This document shows positions 59,347-64,000 of a stretch of 64,000 nt of DNA, piece after piece; the stretch's first letter is position 1; each line of letters starts with the position of its first letter. The DNA lies in assembly GCA_046716145.1 (NCBI GenBank), contig JBKJXU010000097.1, forward strand, positions 9,676 through 73,675, written 5' to 3'. The notes below the pieces were generated by a model. The model was not told the DNA's origin. It was given only the letters and a program-made list of their open reading frames with translations, and searched no databases. The DNA is from Actinomycetota bacterium (lineage in GTDB: Bacteria > Actinomycetota > UBA4738 > HRBIN12). Made by a program: the position numbers and the translations under genes.

Positions 59347-59510
59347 CTCAGTCTGTCCACCGCACTCTAGCCAGGCCCGGATCCGCAGTTCACTGAGTCC
59401 GAGCCGTCACCCGCGACCAAAACCTACACCGGTGAGTTGATCACGGACCGCGAGGCGGCGACAGTCAAGAGGTGCGGGTGTCGCGAGGCCTGCGCATGCA
59501 TCGAGCGGGT

Positions 59511-60269
59511 TCAGCGTGCCGTCAGGACCTCGTGACCGTCCTCGGTGACCGCGATCGTGTGCTCGAAGTGCGCGCTCAGTGATCCGTCGGCTGTGACCAC
59601 CGTCCAGCCGTCGGCCAGGGCCATGGTCTCGTCCCCGCCGAGGGTTAGCATCGGCTCGACGGCGATCACCAGGCCCGGGCGGAGTTCGAGGCCACGCCCC
59701 GGCGGGCCCCAGTTCTGGATGAAGGGGTCCTCGTGCATCTTCCGGCCGATCCCGTGCCCGCCGTACTCCCGCACGATGCCGAGACCCGCTGCATCGGCGA
59801 TGGTCTCGATGGCGTGGCCGATGTCGGAGAGCCGCGCCCCGGGCGCGATCGTCACGATGGCGGCATCCAGCGCCTCCTGTGTGGTCGTGACAAGCCTGGC
59901 GGCATCCTCGCTGGGTGCCGACCCACCGACGAAGACCGTGACCGCGGAGTCGGCGTGGAACCTCTGCCAGATCGCCCCGAAATCGAGCGAGAGGACGTCC
60001 CCCTCGTGGAGCACCCGGTCGCGCGCGGGGATCCCATGGACGATCTCGTGGTTGACGGAGGCGCAGATGCTCGCGGGGTACGTCCCCTTATACCCCTTGA
60101 ACGACGGGATGGCGCCCTCGGCCTGGATATGGGCTTCGGCGATGCGATCGAGGTCGAGCGTCGTCCGCCCCGGCGCCACGGACTCCACGACCCGGTCGAT
60201 GGTTCCCGCGACGATCCTGCCCGCTCGCCGCATCTTCGCGAGGTCATCGGCGTTCTTGCGCACGATCAT
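59511..60269 (-). CDS. map: type I methionine aminopeptidase
   Basis: Canonical MetAP-I metal ligands, 252 aa. Confidence 0.9.
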   Translation of the reverse strand: MIVRKNADDLAKMRRAGRIVAGTIDRVVESVAPGRTTLDLDRIAEAHIQAEGAIPSFKGYKGTYPASICASVNHEIVHGIPARDRVLHEGDVLSLDFGAIWQRFHADSAVTVFVGGSAPSEDAARLVTTTQEALDAAIVTIAPGARLSDIGHAIETIADAAGLGIVREYGGHGIGRKMHEDPFIQNWGPPGRGLELRPGLVIAVEPMLTLGGDETMALADGWTVVTADGSLSAHFEHTIAVTEDGHEVLTAR

Positions 60270-60279
60270 GGACGCGGCC

Positions 60280-60930
60280 TCATAGGAGATCGACGAGCGC
60301 CGACAGCATGCGTTCGGAGACCGTCGCCGCCGGCGCCTCCGCGTCCACGTCGCGCAGGAGGTGCCGCTCGCGGTAGAAGGCCACGAGCGGCTCCGTCTCG
60401 ACGCGGTACAGCGCGAGGCGCCGCTTCACCGTCAACTCGTCCTCATCGCTCCGCTTCTCGAGGGCGACGCCGTCGAAGTCGCAGACGCCGGCGGCCAGCG
60501 GCGGGCTCCACAGGGCGTGATACGTGCGCTTGCAGGACGGGCACGTCGACCGGCCCGCGATGCGGCGCACGGCGATGCCGTCGGAGATGGTGAACCGGAC
60601 CGCGGCATCCAGTGGCGATCCCGCCGCCGCGAGGACGCGTTCGAGCACCACCGCCTGTGGCACCGTCCGGGGGAACCCATCGAGGATGAACCCCTTGGAT
60701 GCATCGGGCTCACGCAAGCGGTCCTCGACCATGCGCACGACCAGCCCGTCGGGGACGTACTCACCGCGATCCATGAAGGTTCGCGCCTCGATCCCGAGCG
60801 GCGTGCCTTCTTGCACGTGCTCGCGCAGGATGTCGCCCGTGGAGACCTGCGGGATGCCCAGGCGCTCGGACAATACCCGCGCCTGGGTCCCCTTGCCGGC
60901 GCCTGGAAGGCCGAAGAAGACGAACCGCAT
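60280..60930 (-). CDS. adk: adenylate kinase
   Basis: MRFVFFGLPGAGKGTQA...; Zn-lid CPSCKRTYH; starts at internal Met of the long track ORF. Confidence 0.9.
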   Translation of the reverse strand: MRFVFFGLPGAGKGTQARVLSERLGIPQVSTGDILREHVQEGTPLGIEARTFMDRGEYVPDGLVVRMVEDRLREPDASKGFILDGFPRTVPQAVVLERVLAAAGSPLDAAVRFTISDGIAVRRIAGRSTCPSCKRTYHALWSPPLAAGVCDFDGVALEKRSDEDELTVKRRLALYRVETEPLVAFYRERHLLRDVDAEAPAATVSERMLSALVDLL

Positions 60931-60938
60931 CCGGTGCC

Positions 60939-62219
60939 CTAGCGGAGGAAGCCCTCGTAATGTCGCATCATCAGCTGCGACTCGATCTGCTTCATCGTCT
61001 CGAGCGCGACGCCGACCGCGATCAAGACCGACGTTCCACCGAACGGGAAGTCCTGACTGCCGCCCACGGCCCAGTAGGCGTACACGATCGAGGGCACGAG
61101 CGCGATCGCGGCCAGGAAGAGGGACCCAGGCAGCGTGATGCGTACCAGGATGCTGTTCAGGTAGTCCGCGGTCGGTTCGCCGGGCCGGATCCCGGGGATG
61201 AACCCTCCCTGCTTGCGCAGGTTGCCCGCGGTGCGGACGGGATCGAACTGGATGGCCGTGTAGAAGTAGGCGAAGAACACGATCAGCCCCGCCAGGATGA
61301 TCATGTACACGACGCTCCGCGGGTTCTGCAGCACGTTCGTCACGAAGTCGCGGAACCACTGCGCAGAGATGACGCTCGCAAGCAGCACCGGGAAGTAGAT
61401 GATCGACGTGGCGAAGATGATCGGGATGACGCCCGCCTGGTTCACCTTCAAGGGGAGGTACGTGCTCGTGCCGCCCATCATCTTCCGGCCGACGACGCGT
61501 TTGGCGTACTGGACGGGCACCCGCCGCTGCCCCTGATCCATGAAGACGACGGCGACGATGATGCCGACCCCGAGTAAGACGATCGCGATGAACTTGAACG
61601 TCCCTCCGGTCGAGAGGATCGCGTTCCCCTCCTGCGGAAGTCTGCTGATCACGCTCGTGAAGATGAGCAGCGACATCCCGTTGCCGACACCCCGCTGCGT
61701 GATCAACTCGCCGAGCCACATGATGAGCGCCGTGCCGGCCGTCATCACGAGCACGATCAAGAGCACCTTCGAGGTGGTGAAGGTGTTCGGCGGGAAGATA
61801 TCCGCGCCCATCTGGCCCGAATGGAAGAGGAACACCAGCCCGGTGGACTGCAGCAGCGCCAAGACGACGGCGACGTAGCGCGTCCATTGGTTGATCTTCT
61901 TCGTCCCGGCCTCGCCCTGCTCCTGCCACTGCGTGAGCTTGGGGATCACCACGGTCAGCAGCTGCATGATGATCGACGAGGTGATGTAGGGCATGATCCC
62001 CAGCGAGAACACGGAGAACTGCGACAACGCCCCACCTGAGAAGAGGTTGATGAGGTCGAGGAAACCACCCTGGCCCGCGCTGTTCCGCAGCTGCGTCACA
62101 TCGACCACCGGAACGGGGATGAACGACCCGAACCGGTAGAGGGCGATGATGAACAGCGTGAAGAAGATCTTGTTGCGCAGGTCCGGGACCCGGAACGAGT
62201 TGAGGAAGGCGCGCAGCAC
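60939..62219 (-). CDS. secY: preprotein translocase subunit SecY
   Basis: 426 aa, 10 TM, SecY signature. Confidence 0.95.
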   Translation of the reverse strand: MLRAFLNSFRVPDLRNKIFFTLFIIALYRFGSFIPVPVVDVTQLRNSAGQGGFLDLINLFSGGALSQFSVFSLGIMPYITSSIIMQLLTVVIPKLTQWQEQGEAGTKKINQWTRYVAVVLALLQSTGLVFLFHSGQMGADIFPPNTFTTSKVLLIVLVMTAGTALIMWLGELITQRGVGNGMSLLIFTSVISRLPQEGNAILSTGGTFKFIAIVLLGVGIIVAVVFMDQGQRRVPVQYAKRVVGRKMMGGTSTYLPLKVNQAGVIPIIFATSIIYFPVLLASVISAQWFRDFVTNVLQNPRSVVYMIILAGLIVFFAYFYTAIQFDPVRTAGNLRKQGGFIPGIRPGEPTADYLNSILVRITLPGSLFLAAIALVPSIVYAYWAVGGSQDFPFGGTSVLIAVGVALETMKQIESQLMMRHYEGFLR

Positions 62220-62239
62220 GGTTCGCTAAGCCTACCCGC

Positions 62240-62674
62240 TCATGTGATCAGGTCGGCCGAGCCGCCGGCGGCCTCGATCTTCGCCTTCGCGGCCGCCGAG
62301 AAGGCGTGCGCACGAACGGTCAGCGCCTTGGAGAGGTCGCCACGAGCGAGCACCTTGACCTTCATCCCCTTGTGGGCGAGCCCGTGGTCGTACAGGGCCC
62401 CGGGCGTGACCTCACCGTCGAAGTACTGATCGAGGACCCCGACGTTCACGGGGGCGTATTCGACGCGGTTCGGGTTGGTGAAACCCTTGAGTTTGGGGGT
62501 CCGCCGCTGCAGCGGCATCTGCCCACCTTCGAAGCCGGCCCGGACGTTCTTGCGGGCTCCCGTGCCCTTCGTACCCCTCCCGGCCGTCTTCCCACGCGCT
62601 CCCGCACGGCCGCGACCGACACGTACCTTGTCCTTCGTGGCTCCCTCGGCGGGGCGCAGGTGATGCAGCTTCAC
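62240..62674 (-). CDS. rplO: 50S ribosomal protein L15
   Basis: [12 protein letters not shown]... Confidence 0.95.
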   Translation of the reverse strand: MKLHHLRPAEGATKDKVRVGRGRAGARGKTAGRGTKGTGARKNVRAGFEGGQMPLQRRTPKLKGFTNPNRVEYAPVNVGVLDQYFDGEVTPGALYDHGLAHKGMKVKVLARGDLSKALTVRAHAFSAAAKAKIEAAGGSADLIT

Positions 62675-62675
62675 G

Positions 62676-62858
62676 TCAGTCCACCTCTTCCACGCGCACC
62701 AGGTGACGCACCTTGGAGATCATGCCGCGGATCTCGGGGCGGTCGGCCTTGATCACGCTGTCGTTGATCCGGTGCAGACCGAGTCGGCGGACCGTGTCCT
62801 TCTGGTCCTTCGGCCGGTCGATCACCGACCGCGTCTGCGTGACCTTGAGCTGGGTCAC
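62676..62858 (-). CDS. rpmD: 50S ribosomal protein L30
   Basis: GTG 62858 overlapping rpsE stop; [35 protein letters not shown]... Confidence 0.85.
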   Translation of the reverse strand: MTQLKVTQTRSVIDRPKDQKDTVRRLGLHRINDSVIKADRPEIRGMISKVRHLVRVEEVD

Positions 62859-63493
62859 CGGCGGCCTCCGCGGGCGGGGGCGGGAGCACCGTCGGGCTCG
62901 GCGAGTCCGTACTGCTCCTGGAGCGCCTGCGCTCGGGCGGCCGTCAACCGGGCATCGGCCGCGGCGATGGCCTCGATCATCGGCCTGGGGGCGACCTGGT
63001 GCTCTTCGAGGCCGCGGAGCCGGGCGATATCCGCCGGACGGCGGAGCCCCTGGAGCCCCGCGACGGCGGCCTTCAAGATGTTGATCTTGTTCGATGAGCC
63101 CATCGACTTGGACAGGATGTCCTTGATGCCGGCGCACTCCACGAGCGCGCGGACGGGCCCACCGGCGATGACGCCCGTCCCGGGCGCGGCAGGCTTGAGT
63201 AACACGACCCCCGCCCCCGCTTCACCGGTGATCTCGTGCGGGATCGTGGTGCCCATCATCGGGACATCGAACATCTTGCGCCTGGCTTCCTCGACGCCCT
63301 TCGCGATCGCGGCAGGCACTTCCTTCGCCTTGCCGTAGCCGAAGCCGACACGGCCGGCGCCGTCGCCGACGACGACGAGCGCGGCGAACGAGAACCGCCG
63401 TCCGCCCTTGACCACCTTGGCCACACGGTTGATCGAGATCACCCGTTCCTCGAACGGGCTCTTGTCTTCGTTCCTGGCGTCGTAGCGTCGCAT
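62855..63493 (-). CDS. rpsE: 30S ribosomal protein S5
   Basis: dsRBD + S5 C-terminal domain; short C-terminal extension. Confidence 0.95.
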   Translation of the reverse strand: MRRYDARNEDKSPFEERVISINRVAKVVKGGRRFSFAALVVVGDGAGRVGFGYGKAKEVPAAIAKGVEEARRKMFDVPMMGTTIPHEITGEAGAGVVLLKPAAPGTGVIAGGPVRALVECAGIKDILSKSMGSSNKINILKAAVAGLQGLRRPADIARLRGLEEHQVAPRPMIEAIAAADARLTAARAQALQEQYGLAEPDGAPAPARGGRR

Positions 63494-63837
63494 CAGATCT
63501 GCAGTCCTCCCTCACGCGCACCGTCGGCGACCGCGGCGACGCGTCCGTGGTACTGACGCCCCCCGCGGTCGAACACGACGCGCTCGATGCCGGCGTCCTT
63601 CGCTCGGCTCGCGATCAACCCGCCCACTGCTTTGGCTCTTTCGATCGGCGAGGAACCCTGCACCTCGGTATCGGAGGCTGCGGCGAGCGTCACGGCCGCG
63701 ACATCGTCGATCAGCTGCGCGTACACGTGGCGGCTCGACCGGAACACGGCCAGCCGGGGACGACCCGGAGAGCCGCTGACCTTCTTGCGCACGCGGGCGT
63801 GCCTGCGGATACGACCTGCGGTCTTCGCGTCCATCAC
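63493..63837 (-). CDS. rplR: 50S ribosomal protein L18
   Basis: 114 aa canonical L18. Confidence 0.9.
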   Translation of the reverse strand: MMDAKTAGRIRRHARVRKKVSGSPGRPRLAVFRSSRHVYAQLIDDVAAVTLAAASDTEVQGSSPIERAKAVGGLIASRAKDAGIERVVFDRGGRQYHGRVAAVADGAREGGLQI

Positions 63838-64000
63838 GCAGCACCCTTCGCGGCCTTGCCGGCCTTCTTCCGCACGACCTCGTTCTCGTACCGGATCCCC
63901 TTGCCCTTGTACGGCTCCGGCTTGCGGATCTTCCGGATGTTGGCTGCGATCTCGCCGACCTGCGCCTTATCGTTGCCGCGCACCACGATCGACGTGGGGG
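63837..64000 (-). CDS. rplF: 50S ribosomal protein L6 (3' end only; gene continues past window end)
   Basis: Reverse translation of 63840-64000 gives ...[50 protein letters not shown]. Confidence 0.8.

Overview
This is a high-GC (about 70%) window from an actinobacterial (Actinomycetota-like) chromosome, mostly housekeeping genes, with a roughly 24-kb horizontally acquired island in the middle.

Housekeeping content (mostly on the minus strand):
- 3' part of the ribosomal protein cluster: rplF (partial), rplR, rpsE, rpmD, rplO, secY, adk, map, infA, rpmJ, rpsM, rpsK, rpoA, rplQ, truA, rplM, rpsI.
- glmM, glmS, acpS, nnr, alr and the tsaE, tsaB, rimI, tsaD block.
- groES-groEL1 with a perfect CIRCE operator.
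- guaA, a GuaB3-like IMPDH paralog, a GMC oxidoreductase and a Leu/Val dehydrogenase.

The island (about 17.5-41.6 kb):
- It sits in the otherwise conserved tsaD | groES junction.
- It carries a Wzx/Wzy-type glycan assembly locus: a WbaP-like initiating transferase, GT1 and GT2 glycosyltransferases, a Wzx flippase, a Wzy/O-antigen-ligase-like protein, two Wzz-like proteins, a CE4 deacetylase, an epimerase and a GNAT.
- It is unusual for holding three Stf0-like PAPS-dependent sulfotransferases, two ATP-grasp ligases and two nucleotide-pyrophosphatase/AlkP-family (PF01663-like) paralogs.
- A third AlkP-family paralog lies outside the island, translationally coupled to a stand-alone cysC (APS kinase).
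- I read this as a candidate biosynthetic system for a sulfated (and possibly amino-acid-decorated) surface polysaccharide or glycolipid. The recurring AlkP-family plus ATP-grasp plus sulfotransferase module is poorly characterised.

Other features:
- A toxin-antitoxin islet (vapBC plus a hicAB-like pair) flanked by an imperfect duplication of the 3' end of a class E sortase gene.
- A second vapBC pair between guaA and guaB3.
- A low-GC secreted metzincin protease region.
- A multiply frameshifted arsM pseudogene next to an intact arsR.
- A frameshifted DinB-family gene.
- A ribosomal protein L13 with a Lys/Ala-rich C-terminal tail encoded by 27-bp tandem repeats.

Many genes are joined by 4-nt GTGA/ATGA overlaps. 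In this high-GC DNA, long antisense and alternative-frame ORFs are abundant, and I rejected them.
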